A DNA stretch of 64,000 bases from an uncultured Acidobacteriota bacterium (GTDB taxonomy: Bacteria; Acidobacteriota; Thermoanaerobaculia; Multivoradales; JAHEKO01): NCBI GenBank assembly GCA_963713825.1, contig CAVQNG010000025.1, positions 96,001 to 160,000 on the forward strand, read 5' to 3'. The notes under the pieces are model-generated. The model saw only the letters and a program-made list of their open reading frames with translations. It searched no databases and was not told where the DNA came from. Each line of letters starts with the position of its first letter. Within the stretch, counting starts at the first letter, position 1. Shown here piece by piece: positions 27,612 through 37,905 of the stretch. A program made the translations under genes and the position numbers.

Positions 27612-27648
27612 TCTCCTGTCGAATCACTGTCAGGAAGCGTGGAGCCAT

Positions 27649-28821
27649 ATGGCGGCGACAATCGGGATCGACTCGAATTCTGGCAACAGGCTGACCGCGC
27701 GGGAGAGCCGCCGATACAGCCGCCATCTCGTCATTCCAGAGGTGGGTATCCAGGGCCAGAACCGGCTGAAGGAGGCCAGGGTCCTGGTCGTTGGAGCGGG
27801 CGGCCTGGGATCGCCTGTATCGATGTACCTGGCCGCGGTCGGAGTCGGAAAGCTGGGGCTGGTGGAGTTCGACGATGTGGACGAGTCGAATCTCCAACGC
27901 CAAGTTCTCTACGGCGAATCCGATATTGGCAAGCCGAAGCTGCAAGTCGCGCTCGGCCGATTGCGGGAGATCAACCCCCTGATCGAGTTGGTGCCGCATG
28001 CCGAGAGGATCGACGCCTCGAATGCCATGGCGCTGCTGGCTGGTTACGACATCGTGGTCGATGGCAGCGACAACTTCCCGACTCGGTATCTTGTCAATGA
28101 CGCCTGTGTTCTGGCAGGAAAGCCCAACGTCTACGGCTCCATCTTCCGGTTCGAAGGTCAGTCGTCGGTCTTCTGGGGGGCTCGCGGTCCTTGCTATCGG
28201 TGCCTGTTTCCTGAGCCACCACCGCCGGGCCTCGTGCCATCGTGTGCTGAGGGAGGCGTCCTGGGAATCCTGCCGGCGATCATTGGCAGCCTGCAGGCCA
28301 ATGAAGTCGTCAAACTGATTCTCGAAGTCGGGGAGCCACTGATCGGTCGCCTGGTTCTCTTCGACGCCTTGCAGACGCGGTTTCGAGAGGTGAAACTGAA
28401 GAAGAACCCCGAGTGTCCTGTCTGCTCGGTGAACCCGACCCTGACAGAGCTCATCGACTACGAGAAGTTCTGTGGTTTGACGCCGGATGAGCCCTTGGCC
28501 GAGTCGGTCAATGTGACCCCTGAAGGACTGAAGGAAAGTTTGGAGGCGGGTCGCGAGCTGCTGTTGCTGGATGTGCGGACGCCGCTCGAGCATCAAACTT
28601 CCCGTCTCGAGAATTCGCTGCTCATGCCGCTGCAGACGCTACCGCGGCGGTTCGAAGAGTTGGACAAGGATGCCGAGATCGTCGTCTATTGTCATCACGG
28701 CCACCGTTCGGCCCACGCCGTGGATTTCCTGAGGCGCATGGGGTTTGCCAACACGTTCAATCTGGTTGGGGGGATCGATGCCTGGAGCAAGCGGATCGAT
28801 CCGTCGGTTCCTCAATACTGA
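27649..28821 (+). CDS. moeB: MoeB/ThiF adenylyltransferase fused to rhodanese (MoeZ-like)
   Basis: RYSRH, GAGGLG, SNLQRQ, CYRC, CPVC, rhodanese YCHHGHRS. Confidence 0.94.
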   Translation: MAATIGIDSNSGNRLTARESRRYSRHLVIPEVGIQGQNRLKEARVLVVGAGGLGSPVSMYLAAVGVGKLGLVEFDDVDESNLQRQVLYGESDIGKPKLQVALGRLREINPLIELVPHAERIDASNAMALLAGYDIVVDGSDNFPTRYLVNDACVLAGKPNVYGSIFRFEGQSSVFWGARGPCYRCLFPEPPPPGLVPSCAEGGVLGILPAIIGSLQANEVVKLILEVGEPLIGRLVLFDALQTRFREVKLKKNPECPVCSVNPTLTELIDYEKFCGLTPDEPLAESVNVTPEGLKESLEAGRELLLLDVRTPLEHQTSRLENSLLMPLQTLPRRFEELDKDAEIVVYCHHGHRSAHAVDFLRRMGFANTFNLVGGIDAWSKRIDPSVPQY

Positions 28822-28868
28822 GGGAGCCGGCGATAAGACGAGGTCTGCGTTCCGGAGGAGGAGCACCA

Positions 28869-30398
28869 GTGGATAGGAGAACGTTGGGTTTGTTGTTCGT
28901 GCTCGGGGTGGGGATGTTCGGCCCTGCAGCGGTTTGGGCTGAGGAGGAGATCGAAACCGGTCAGGCTGAAAGGCAGGCCGAGCCGTGGACGGTCCAAGAG
29001 CTGAAGTCGGAGTCCTCGCACAGGGTGACGGTCGGAGGGCGGAACCTGAGCTACAAGGCAACCGCGGGTACCCTGATCCTGAAGGACGAGGACGGCACCC
29101 AGAAGGCTTCCGTCTTCTTCATGGCCTATACCTTGGACGGGGTCAGCGATCCCGGCCAGCGGCCGGTGACCTTTTCGTTCAACGGCGGGCCGGGCTCGTC
29201 TTCGGTCTGGCTCCACCTGGGGCTTCTCGGGCCGCGTCGGGTCCTGATGACCGATGACGGTCACGCCTTGCCGCCACCCTATGAGCTGGTGGACAACGAG
29301 TACTCCCTTCTGGATGTCACCGACCTTGTCTTCATCGACCCGGTCACGACTGGCTACAGCCGAGCCGTCCCCGACGAAGACCCACAGCAGTTTCATGGTG
29401 TCGAGGAAGACGTCGAGGCGGTCGGTGAGTTCATCCGCCTCTATACGAGTCGATTCGAGCGCTGGGCGTCACCGAAGTTCCTGATCGGTGAGAGCTACGG
29501 CACGACCCGTGCTGCCGGGCTGTCGGGATACCTCCAGGGCCGACATGGCATGTACTTGAACGGCATCATGCTGATCTCGTCGATCCTCAACTTCCAGACG
29601 GCCCGTTTCGATGTCGGCAACGACTTGCCCTACATTCTCTTCTTGCCGACCTATACCGCCACGGCCTGGTACCACCAGAAGTTGGACGACGACCTGCAGG
29701 CCGATCTCAGGGCGACGCTGGACGAGGTCGAGGCGTTTGCTCTGGGTGACTATGCTCAGGCGCTGATACGGGGAGACACCCTCGAGGATGGAGATAGAGA
29801 GCTGATCGCGGATCGACTAGCCCGCTATACGGGATTGAGTCGCGAGTATGTGCTGCAGACGAATCTGCGCCTGGGGATTCACCGATTTGTCAAACAGCTG
29901 CGCCGCGACGAGAGACTCACCGTCGGCCGGCTCGACAGTCGTTTCACGGGGATCGACCGGGATGCCGCGGCTGAGAACTACGAGTTCGACCCCAGCTACG
30001 CCGCGATTCAAGGTCCTTACACGGCGACCCTCAATGACTACGTGAGGCGGGAATTGGGATTCGAGATCGATCTGCCGTACGAGATTCTCAGTGGCCGAGT
30101 GCGGCCCTGGAGCTTCGGTGACTACGAGAACCGGTATGTCAACGTGGCGGAGACTCTGCGCACGGCCATGACCAGGAACCCCAGCCTCAAGGTGTTCGTG
30201 GCGAACGGCTACTACGATCTGGCGACACCCTATTTCGCGACGCAATACACATTCGACCACCTGGGACTGGACTCTTCGCTGCGGCACAACATCTCCATGG
30301 GCTACTACGAGTCGGGGCACATGATGTACATCCACATGCCGTCCTTGCGACAGCTGAAACAGGATCTGCACGAATTCGTTTTGTCGGCGCTGCCCTAG
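28869..30398 (+). CDS. Serine carboxypeptidase (peptidase S10), secreted
   Basis: FNGGPGSSS, GESYG, YDLATP, GHMMY. RBS GGAGGAG. Confidence 0.92.
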   Translation: MDRRTLGLLFVLGVGMFGPAAVWAEEEIETGQAERQAEPWTVQELKSESSHRVTVGGRNLSYKATAGTLILKDEDGTQKASVFFMAYTLDGVSDPGQRPVTFSFNGGPGSSSVWLHLGLLGPRRVLMTDDGHALPPPYELVDNEYSLLDVTDLVFIDPVTTGYSRAVPDEDPQQFHGVEEDVEAVGEFIRLYTSRFERWASPKFLIGESYGTTRAAGLSGYLQGRHGMYLNGIMLISSILNFQTARFDVGNDLPYILFLPTYTATAWYHQKLDDDLQADLRATLDEVEAFALGDYAQALIRGDTLEDGDRELIADRLARYTGLSREYVLQTNLRLGIHRFVKQLRRDERLTVGRLDSRFTGIDRDAAAENYEFDPSYAAIQGPYTATLNDYVRRELGFEIDLPYEILSGRVRPWSFGDYENRYVNVAETLRTAMTRNPSLKVFVANGYYDLATPYFATQYTFDHLGLDSSLRHNISMGYYESGHMMYIHMPSLRQLKQDLHEFVLSALP

Positions 30399-30438
30399 AA
30401 GCAGCCCGGAATCGGCAACCCCCTCTTCGAACCGTCGA

Positions 30439-31845
30439 ATGCGCCGCTTGTTCTCCGCCGATCCGAGACTGGTTCTCCTACTGGCGGTGACGGTGTTCGG
30501 GGCCTTTGCCTGGCTGAGTCGAAACCCCGAGTCGGACTTGGTGCGCCGGGCCGAAGAGTGGCCTCTTGTCGGGACGCTGGCGTCTCGGTTTCGAGCCGCC
30601 TACTCGGCTCCCCTTGGGAACAGGGAGAAGCTCGACGGTGGGCAGCGCTCGGCAGGCGAGATCGATCGGGGGGAGATTCTGGCCGAGGCGGTGGTTTCCG
30701 ACCGGGTGAGTTCCCGTCCGCAAGTGTGGGTGGAGCCTGGTACTCGTGTGCAGGTCTCACCGAATCTCGACAGCGATGTGCTTGCTACCGTCGAGCTTCT
30801 CGGTAACTACTCGGTCAGCGAACGGCGCGGAGACTGGTTCCACATCTATCGATACTCCATGGATCAGGGAGGCCTGGAGGGGTGGATCAGGCTGGAAGGC
30901 TACGAGGATCCATCCAGTGAACGCCTGCAGCAACCAGAGCCCGTTCTACCACTGGCCGCAGTCGAACCGAGCCCGGAGAAGGTGGCGCGAGCTCGGTCCT
31001 TCATGGCGGGCGGGGGAGTCGAGACTCCTTGTGGCCCCTACACCCTCTACACGGATGTCGACGGTGCTTCTGTGTCCGAGTCGTGCTGCCTGATGGCCAG
31101 GAGTCTCGAGGCAACCTACCGAGAGCGATTCGGTCTGACCCCGGTCGGCGAGGCCGCCGAGTCGATTTTCCTGTTTGCGTCGCAAGGCTCGTACGAGGCG
31201 TTCGTCTCCGATGACGAGAGGATTCCGGCCGAAAAGGGTGGGCATGCTGCGCCTGCCCATGGCTACGTGGCCTTGTACTCCGAAGACCTACCGCATGAGG
31301 CAGTAGCGTCGACACTGGCACACGAGCTGACGCACCTGATCAACCGTCGGGCACTGGGACCAGCCTTGCCACCCTGGTTGAGCGAAGGCCTGGCGGACGA
31401 TCTGGCCGAATCGCGAATTGACGACTCGGGTCGATTGGTGCCAGGAGAGCTTGGAGGCTACAGCGTGGTGTCCGGAACCGAGATTCGGCACTTTGGAGGG
31501 CTGGTTTCGGCCAGCCGGTTGATCAAAGCTCTCGATGGGTCTGGACTCCCAGATCTGTCTGATCTGGTGCAAATGGGCACCGAAGAATTCCACGCCGCGC
31601 AGCGGGAATCTCTCCTCTATGCTCTGAGCTCCTTCTGGATTCGATTCCTCTTGAGTGATGCGCCAGGCGCTGACCCGGACGGTTTTCGCGCCTTTCTGGA
31701 GGCGGTTGCTTCTGGTGAGGGTCTCACGCCAGATCTTCTGGCACAGAGTCTGGACGCCGACGAAGTCGAATTGGATGCGAGCTTCAAGACCTGGTTGCGA
31801 TTCCAGGCCGCTCCGCTGCCGCAAGCTAGCGCCTTCGATCGCTAG
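30439..31845 (+). CDS. Membrane-anchored gluzincin-like metallopeptidase with SH3-like domain
   Basis: N-terminal TM, HELTH, WLSEGLA. Confidence 0.7.
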   Translation: MRRLFSADPRLVLLLAVTVFGAFAWLSRNPESDLVRRAEEWPLVGTLASRFRAAYSAPLGNREKLDGGQRSAGEIDRGEILAEAVVSDRVSSRPQVWVEPGTRVQVSPNLDSDVLATVELLGNYSVSERRGDWFHIYRYSMDQGGLEGWIRLEGYEDPSSERLQQPEPVLPLAAVEPSPEKVARARSFMAGGGVETPCGPYTLYTDVDGASVSESCCLMARSLEATYRERFGLTPVGEAAESIFLFASQGSYEAFVSDDERIPAEKGGHAAPAHGYVALYSEDLPHEAVASTLAHELTHLINRRALGPALPPWLSEGLADDLAESRIDDSGRLVPGELGGYSVVSGTEIRHFGGLVSASRLIKALDGSGLPDLSDLVQMGTEEFHAAQRESLLYALSSFWIRFLLSDAPGADPDGFRAFLEAVASGEGLTPDLLAQSLDADEVELDASFKTWLRFQAAPLPQASAFDR

Positions 31846-32531
31846 TCATCGGAAGAGGGTGGTCCGAGGGGCTCTTCTTCTCGCCAGGCCGCTTCGCCGT
31901 CGGAGTACCACTCGCGCTTCCAGATGGGAGCTTCGCGCTTGAGGCGTTCGAGGGCTGTGCGGCTGGCCTCGTAGGCCGCCGCGCGGTGAGCGGCTGCGGT
32001 GGCGATCACCACGCTGCTCTCGCCGACCGTGAGGTCGCCGAGTCGATGGACGATGCGCACCCGGAGGCCCTCGGTAGCAGCCTCCAGCTCGCCAGCAATT
32101 CTCTCCAGAGCGGACTCGGCCATGGGCCTGTAGGCCTGGTACGTGAGACGCTCGACTTCCCGGCCTGCATGATGATTGCGGACGGTTCCGACGAACAGAA
32201 CGGTTGCACCGCAGTCCGGGGGGCTGGCTTCCTTCATCAGCGCTGCAAGGTCGATCGGCGCCTCCGCGATCTGCGCTCGGCCAGGGCGGCCGCCGGAAAC
32301 GGGAGGCAGCAGGGCCACTTCCGCTCCGTCGTGCAAGATCGCGTCGGAGCCCACCAGCTCACCATCGATCGCCAACGCCAACCGATCCCATATCGGCACC
32401 AGATCTGGATAGTCCCCTGACAGGGTCTTCTGTAGAGCCTCGAGGTTGCTTCCTGCCGGTAGGTCGACCTCGAATTCGCTGCTGCCAACAGCGGTTGCGG
32501 CACTGGCAAAGGCAAGCACTCGGATCTTCAC
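31842..32531 (-). CDS. moaE: Fused molybdopterin synthase MoaD-MoaE
   Basis: MoaD domain ending PPVSGG, then MoaE motifs FVGTVR, HRLG, LKREAPIWKRE. Confidence 0.93.
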   Translation of the reverse strand: MKIRVLAFASAATAVGSSEFEVDLPAGSNLEALQKTLSGDYPDLVPIWDRLALAIDGELVGSDAILHDGAEVALLPPVSGGRPGRAQIAEAPIDLAALMKEASPPDCGATVLFVGTVRNHHAGREVERLTYQAYRPMAESALERIAGELEAATEGLRVRIVHRLGDLTVGESSVVIATAAAHRAAAYEASRTALERLKREAPIWKREWYSDGEAAWREEEPLGPPSSDD

Positions 32532-32589
32532 AGGCGGAATGGTAACACCCAGCCAGGAGGGGCGCGGCGATGGCGATGGCAGTCGGGCT

Positions 32590-32595
32590 TATAAT
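32590..32595 (+). promoter_or_regulatory. Putative sigma-70 -10 box
   Basis: Perfect TATAAT about 25 nt before TTG 32620, in GC-rich DNA. Confidence 0.5.
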
Positions 32596-32619
32596 GGCGG
32601 ACTCTGCAAGGAGATCGAA

Positions 32620-34284
32620 TTGACAATCCTGGAGAGCAAACTCAAACAGGACGATGAGTACCAGCGCCGTCTGGATCACTGGCGCAATACCCTCAAGGAT
32701 CTCCGGAGCCAGGAGGCCGAGCTGCGACTCGGAGGCGGTGTGAAGGCCCTCAAGCGCCAGCAGGACAAGGGCAAGATGTCGGCGAGAGAGCGGGTAGCCG
32801 AGCTTTGTGATCCTGGTTCCGAGTTCATTGAGCTGGGTCTGTGGGCAGCCCATGGTCTCTACAAGGAGTACGGCGGAGCCCCGGCGGCTGGTGTGGTGAC
32901 CGGCATTGGCACGATTCACAACCGCGATGTCGTCGTCGTGTCCAACGATGCAACCGTCAAGGCGGGCGCCTGGTTTCCCATGACCTGTAAGAAGGTCTTG
33001 CGTGCGCAGGAGATTGCGCTCGAGAATCGACTTCCCATCGTCTACCTGGTGGACTCGGCTGGTGTCTTCCTGCCGCTGCAGGACGAGATCTTCCCAGACA
33101 AAGAGCACTTTGGAAGGGCCTTCTTCAACAACGCCCGCCTGTCAGCCCAAGGTGTTTTTCAAATGGCTGCCATCATGGGGCCCTGCGTTGCCGGGGGGGC
33201 TTACCTGCCGATCATGAGCGACGAGGCCCACATCGTCGAAGGTGAGGGGTCGATCTTTCTAGCGGGCCCCCATCTGGTCAAGGCCGCGATCGGTGAAGAG
33301 ATCGGTAACGAGGCGCTCGGGGGAGCGCTGGTGCAGTGCGACATCTCGGGAGTTGTCGATCACCGTCACCCCGATGATGCGAGTTGCCTGGCCAAGATCC
33401 GGAGCCAGTTCGAGCAGCTGGCCAGCGGCGAGACAGCACCCTTTGCGCGCCGAGAAGAGCGGGATCCTCTGTATTCGGCCGAGGAGATCTACGGCATTGT
33501 TCCAGACGATCACTCTCGTCCCTACGACATGCACGAGCTACTGGCCCGCCTGGTCGATGGCAGTGAGTTCGACGAGTACAAGGCGACCTATGGCAAGACA
33601 CTCGTCTGCGGCACCGCCTGGATCAAGGGGTGGCCGGTGGGCATCGTGGCGAATCAGCGATCCATCGTGGCTCGAAAGACAGGCACCGACAGCCAGGATA
33701 GGGAGCTGCAGATCGGTGGGGTTCTGTACTCCGATTCGGCAGACAAGGGAGCACGATTCGTCGAGCTCTGCAACCAGAAGCGGATTCCGTTGGTCTTTCT
33801 ACAGGACGTGACGGGCTTCATGGTGGGCAGCCGTGCCGAGCAGGGCGGCATCATCAAGAGTGGCGCCAAGATGGTCAACGCCGTCGCCAACTCGGTGGTA
33901 CCCAAGATCACGCTCATTGTCGGCAACTCGTTCGGAGCAGGCAACTACGCCATGTGTGGCAAAGCCTACGGCCCCAGGTTCTTGTATGCCTGGCCCTCGG
34001 CCGCGATTGCGGTCATGGGTGGCGAGCAGGCCTCGAAGACCCTGTTGGCTATTCAACTCAAAGGGCGTGGCGAGAACGTGTGGGAAGAGGAGAAGAGCGA
34101 GCTCCTGGCCAGGATTCAACAGCGCTATGCCGAGGCAGCCGATCCTCGCTATGCCGCCGCCCGACTCTGGGTGGACGCCATCATCGACCCCAGAGAGACG
34201 CGACAGATCCTGGCGCGGTCCATCGCCTGCGCGGCGCAGAACCCGCAGATCGACGACTTCAAGACCGGGGTCCTGCAGACCTGA
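32620..34284 (+). CDS. Acyl-CoA carboxylase carboxyltransferase subunit (methylcrotonyl-CoA carboxylase beta-like)
   Basis: NDATVKAG, CVAGGAY, GFMVG, SFGAGNY, AAARLWVD. RBS AAGGAG before TTG. Confidence 0.92.
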   Translation: MTILESKLKQDDEYQRRLDHWRNTLKDLRSQEAELRLGGGVKALKRQQDKGKMSARERVAELCDPGSEFIELGLWAAHGLYKEYGGAPAAGVVTGIGTIHNRDVVVVSNDATVKAGAWFPMTCKKVLRAQEIALENRLPIVYLVDSAGVFLPLQDEIFPDKEHFGRAFFNNARLSAQGVFQMAAIMGPCVAGGAYLPIMSDEAHIVEGEGSIFLAGPHLVKAAIGEEIGNEALGGALVQCDISGVVDHRHPDDASCLAKIRSQFEQLASGETAPFARREERDPLYSAEEIYGIVPDDHSRPYDMHELLARLVDGSEFDEYKATYGKTLVCGTAWIKGWPVGIVANQRSIVARKTGTDSQDRELQIGGVLYSDSADKGARFVELCNQKRIPLVFLQDVTGFMVGSRAEQGGIIKSGAKMVNAVANSVVPKITLIVGNSFGAGNYAMCGKAYGPRFLYAWPSAAIAVMGGEQASKTLLAIQLKGRGENVWEEEKSELLARIQQRYAEAADPRYAAARLWVDAIIDPRETRQILARSIACAAQNPQIDDFKTGVLQT

Positions 34285-34307
34285 GGAGGCCGGCCGGGGC
34301 ACAAGCC

Positions 34308-35105
34308 ATGAGTCACGACTTTCTCGAAACGAAGCAGGATGGGGATCTCCTCTGGGTGACGTTGAGTGACCCAGCTCGGGCCAACGCTCTGTCGCCGGCC
34401 CTGGTGGAGTCGCTGACCGAGCTCTATGGGAGTGACCTCAGAGGCAAGGGGATCAGGGCTGTCCTCTTGGGCGCGGCCGGGAAGCACTTCTCGGCCGGGG
34501 CCGATCTGGGACACCTTGGAAGCCTCCTGGAAGCTGGGTCCGAGGAGAACCGTCTGGATTCCGAGCGCCTTCGGGGCCTCTTCGAATCGATCTTGCGGCA
34601 GGAGGCCCTGACGGTGGCGATGGTTCAGGGAGCCTGCGTGGCCGGAGGCTGTGGCCTCGCAACGGCGCACGACTTCGTGGTGGCCGCGGAGGGTTCGCGG
34701 TTTCTCTACAGCGAAGCGCGAATCGGTTTTGTGGCTGCGCTGGTCGCGACCTATCTGCCCTTGCGAATGCGAGGTGCGGATATTCGCGAGATGTTGCTCA
34801 ATCCAGAGTTCGTATCGGCGCAGCAGGCTCTCGGAACCGGTCTCGTCAACCGGGTCGTGGACGAGGACGAGCTGCGGCGAGCCGGCGAACAGCTGGCGAT
34901 CGGGATTCTGGAGCGGGCGAGCTCGGAGTCGATTGCGCGCACCAAGCGGATCCTGTTGCAGATCCTGGGCGTGCCTCTGGATGAAGCGTTACAGAGGGCC
35001 GCCATTGCCAATGCCGAAGCCAGGGCAACAGCGGACTGCAAGCACGGTATTGCGACCTTCCTTGCGACCAAAGCTCCGCCCACATGGCGAGAGTCTGGTG
35101 ACTAG
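34308..35105 (+). CDS. Enoyl-CoA hydratase/isomerase (methylglutaconyl-CoA hydratase-like)
   Basis: FSAGADL, AGGCGL, SEARIG. Adjacent to the carboxyltransferase. Confidence 0.88.
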   Translation: MSHDFLETKQDGDLLWVTLSDPARANALSPALVESLTELYGSDLRGKGIRAVLLGAAGKHFSAGADLGHLGSLLEAGSEENRLDSERLRGLFESILRQEALTVAMVQGACVAGGCGLATAHDFVVAAEGSRFLYSEARIGFVAALVATYLPLRMRGADIREMLLNPEFVSAQQALGTGLVNRVVDEDELRRAGEQLAIGILERASSESIARTKRILLQILGVPLDEALQRAAIANAEARATADCKHGIATFLATKAPPTWRESGD

Positions 35106-35135
35106 CCCTTCCGGTCTCTGAGTAGGGCCCGCGCC

Positions 35136-35834
35136 ATGGAATCGTTTCGTCCTCGGCTGATCCTCTTCGATATCGATGGCACCCTTCTCAAAGGGGGTCG
35201 CCGTCTGCGCCAGTGGTTCGGCGAGTCTCTGGAGAGCGTCTATGGCCAGGCCGGGGATATCGACGGCCTCAGCTTTTCAGGCAAGACAGATCCACAGATC
35301 GTCACCGAGTTGATGCTGGGCGCAGGACTCCCCAGCGAGCGGATTCTGGGCCTGTTGCCAGATCTCAAGGAGGTCTACCTCGGTCGAATGCGAGACCAGC
35401 TCACCGCCGATGACATGACGCTCTTGCCAGAGGTGGTACCTGTGCTGTCGAGGCTCGAACAGGTTGCTGACGTGACGCTCGGGCTGCTGACGGGAAATTG
35501 GGAGGGGGGTGCCCGGAGCAAGCTCGCTTGCTTCGACCTCAATCGTTTCTTTCAGTTTGGCGCTTTCGGAGACGATCGAGCCGATCGCACCGAGCTGCCT
35601 CCCGTGGCTCTGGAAAGAGCCATGCAGGACAGAGGTAGCCCGTTCAGCCCGCAGGAGACCCTCATCATCGGGGATAGCTCGAGGGATGTTGCCTGCGCCC
35701 GGGCCCATGGCATCAAGGCGGCAGCTGTGGCCACGGGTTACACGCCACGCGATCGTCTCGAGGCAGCTGGAGCGGACTGGGTCCTGACCGAGCTTGTAGA
35801 GGCTGAACGAATCCACTCGATCTTCAGAGCCTGA
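35136..35834 (+). CDS. HAD-family phosphatase
   Basis: FDIDGTL, LTGN, IGDS..D. Confidence 0.9.
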   Translation: MESFRPRLILFDIDGTLLKGGRRLRQWFGESLESVYGQAGDIDGLSFSGKTDPQIVTELMLGAGLPSERILGLLPDLKEVYLGRMRDQLTADDMTLLPEVVPVLSRLEQVADVTLGLLTGNWEGGARSKLACFDLNRFFQFGAFGDDRADRTELPPVALERAMQDRGSPFSPQETLIIGDSSRDVACARAHGIKAAAVATGYTPRDRLEAAGADWVLTELVEAERIHSIFRA

Positions 35835-35875
35835 GATCTTCCCGGCCGACTGCTCAGCAACTAGCGGTTGGCGGC

Positions 35876-36721
35876 TCAGCCGAGATGGTTCCGAAACCAC
35901 TCCTGGGTGGCGTTGAGAGCCTCTACCAGTTGCGGTGTCGGGCCGTTGAAGGGGTGCTTGACGCCCAGTGTATGGTCGCCGTCGTGAATCAGCCTCAGTT
36001 GGCAAGGCGCAGCCGCATGGGCAGCGAGTAGACGGGCCTCACTGACGGGCACGGTCTCGTCTTGGTCGCCATGCAGGATCAACCAGGGCGCCCGTCTGGC
36101 CGAGCCCGCTGTCCGCGGATCGAGATGATCCTGGAATCTCTCCAGATCCTCGAGGACCATGGCGTCGACAGTCAACTGCTGGCCGGTGCGGCTGTTGACC
36201 ACGGGGACGAATCCACGCCGTCGCCAGATCGCCTTCTCATCCAGCGTGAGACGGTCGAAGGTGCTGACCGCCGCCCAGGTGACCAGGGCTCGAATCTTGC
36301 CGCGCCAGGATTCCTGAGCGGCCGCCAGGGTAGCGATTCCACCACCGCGGCTATGCCCGAAAAGACCGATCCTTTGCGGATCGACCAAGCCCTCTCCGAT
36401 TTCTCCCCCCAGCGCTTCCAGTACTTTGGTGAGGTCAATTACGTCCTGGCTGAAGGTAGCGCGCCGGAAGGCCTCTGTGTCGGTGACCAGGACGTCTCCG
36501 GGCCTCATGCCAGAGCCCGTGAAGTTGAAGCGGATCACGGCGAAGCCACGCTCAGTCAAGAGCTCTCCCAGAAACGGAAAGAACCCCCAATCCATGAAGC
36601 CCTTGAAGCCGTGACACACAACGACGGTTGGTCGTGGGCCAGGCTGCTCCGGGGCATGAACAACCCCCAGTAGCTCTCTACCATCGGCCAACTGCAGGCG
36701 AAAGGGTTCCATTGCGGGCAT
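35876..36721 (-). CDS. Alpha/beta hydrolase
   Basis: HGFKG, GHSRGG, HGDQD, GDH. Confidence 0.88.
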   Translation of the reverse strand: MPAMEPFRLQLADGRELLGVVHAPEQPGPRPTVVVCHGFKGFMDWGFFPFLGELLTERGFAVIRFNFTGSGMRPGDVLVTDTEAFRRATFSQDVIDLTKVLEALGGEIGEGLVDPQRIGLFGHSRGGGIATLAAAQESWRGKIRALVTWAAVSTFDRLTLDEKAIWRRRGFVPVVNSRTGQQLTVDAMVLEDLERFQDHLDPRTAGSARRAPWLILHGDQDETVPVSEARLLAAHAAAPCQLRLIHDGDHTLGVKHPFNGPTPQLVEALNATQEWFRNHLG

Positions 36722-36784
36722 CGGTCCATTGTACCTATCGAGTCCGATCGAGGGGCGAGAAGGGTCGATTGGTAGACTCCTGGC

Positions 36785-37882
36785 GTGACGGAATCACCTC
36801 GCGTTCCAGCCAACAGTGAAGCCATCCCGACGTTTCTTCGGACTCTCGGCGCAGAGCCCCGGCGCCTCGGTGAGGACACCGAGATCGTCGCTCACTACGG
36901 CTCCGTCGAGGCCGAGTACGAGGCTCTGGTGAGCGGCGTCGGCGTCATGGTTCGCAATTGGCCCGATCATCTTCGCATTGGGGGTGAGGATCGGGTGGCG
37001 TTCCTGAACGGAAAGGTGACTTGTGAGCTCGCCGGGATCGAGCCTGGCGCGGGCGCCTACGGTTTTCTTCTCGATGCAAAAGGCCATATCCGGGCCGATG
37101 CCACCATCAGGGTGTTCGAGGATTCTGTTTGGCTCGAGCTCCCCGCCGGCTTGGGACCTCGGGTTGTCGAGCATCTGAGCCGTTACATCGTCGTCGACCG
37201 AGTGGAGATCGAGCCGTTACTGGGCCTCTTGCCGCTGACGCTCGTCGGGCCTCGGTTGGAGGCCATGCTGACCTCGCTGTCGGGGCTCGGTGCGCTGCCG
37301 GATCACCCGTGGCAGACTCGTCGCACCGAAGTTGACACTGCCGGCGAGATGTTGGTCTCCGCGGACGGGCGTTGGGGCATGCCCGCGTTGACGTTCTGGC
37401 CCTCGGCCGCCAATGCCGAGGCACTGATCCGGCACCTGCTGGAGGCAGGTCGACCATTCGGTGCGAAGCTGGTTGGCCTCCAGGCGCTGGATCGGGCGCG
37501 TATCGAGGCAGGGATTCCCTGGTTCGGGCAGGATTTCGGAGAGTCCAATCTGCCGCAGGAAACGGGCCTGGAAGAAGCGGTCAGTTACACAAAGGGCTGC
37601 TATCTGGGGCAGGAAGTAGTGGCCCGTCTGCACTACAGAGGGCAGGTCAGCAGAGTCCTATGTGGACTGACTCTCGATGTGGCCGAAGTTCCGGAGACGG
37701 GAACGTGTCTCGTTCTCGAGGGCAGGCAGGCAGGCTCGCTCACCAGTGTCACCCGATCGAATCGGCTGGGCTCGGTCCTGGGGCTGGCGATCTTGCAGCG
37801 CCGGGCGGCTGAGGTGGGGACTCGGTTGGAAGTCGAGGGCGGGGGGCACGCTCAGGTCGTGACGTCACCCTTGAAGACCTAG
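36785..37882 (+). CDS. ygfZ: Folate-binding YgfZ/GcvT family protein
   Basis: KGCYLGQE signature. Confidence 0.88.
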   Translation: MTESPRVPANSEAIPTFLRTLGAEPRRLGEDTEIVAHYGSVEAEYEALVSGVGVMVRNWPDHLRIGGEDRVAFLNGKVTCELAGIEPGAGAYGFLLDAKGHIRADATIRVFEDSVWLELPAGLGPRVVEHLSRYIVVDRVEIEPLLGLLPLTLVGPRLEAMLTSLSGLGALPDHPWQTRRTEVDTAGEMLVSADGRWGMPALTFWPSAANAEALIRHLLEAGRPFGAKLVGLQALDRARIEAGIPWFGQDFGESNLPQETGLEEAVSYTKGCYLGQEVVARLHYRGQVSRVLCGLTLDVAEVPETGTCLVLEGRQAGSLTSVTRSNRLGSVLGLAILQRRAAEVGTRLEVEGGGHAQVVTSPLKT

Positions 37883-37905
37883 ACCGCTCGAGCCGCCAGA
37901 GCGTC

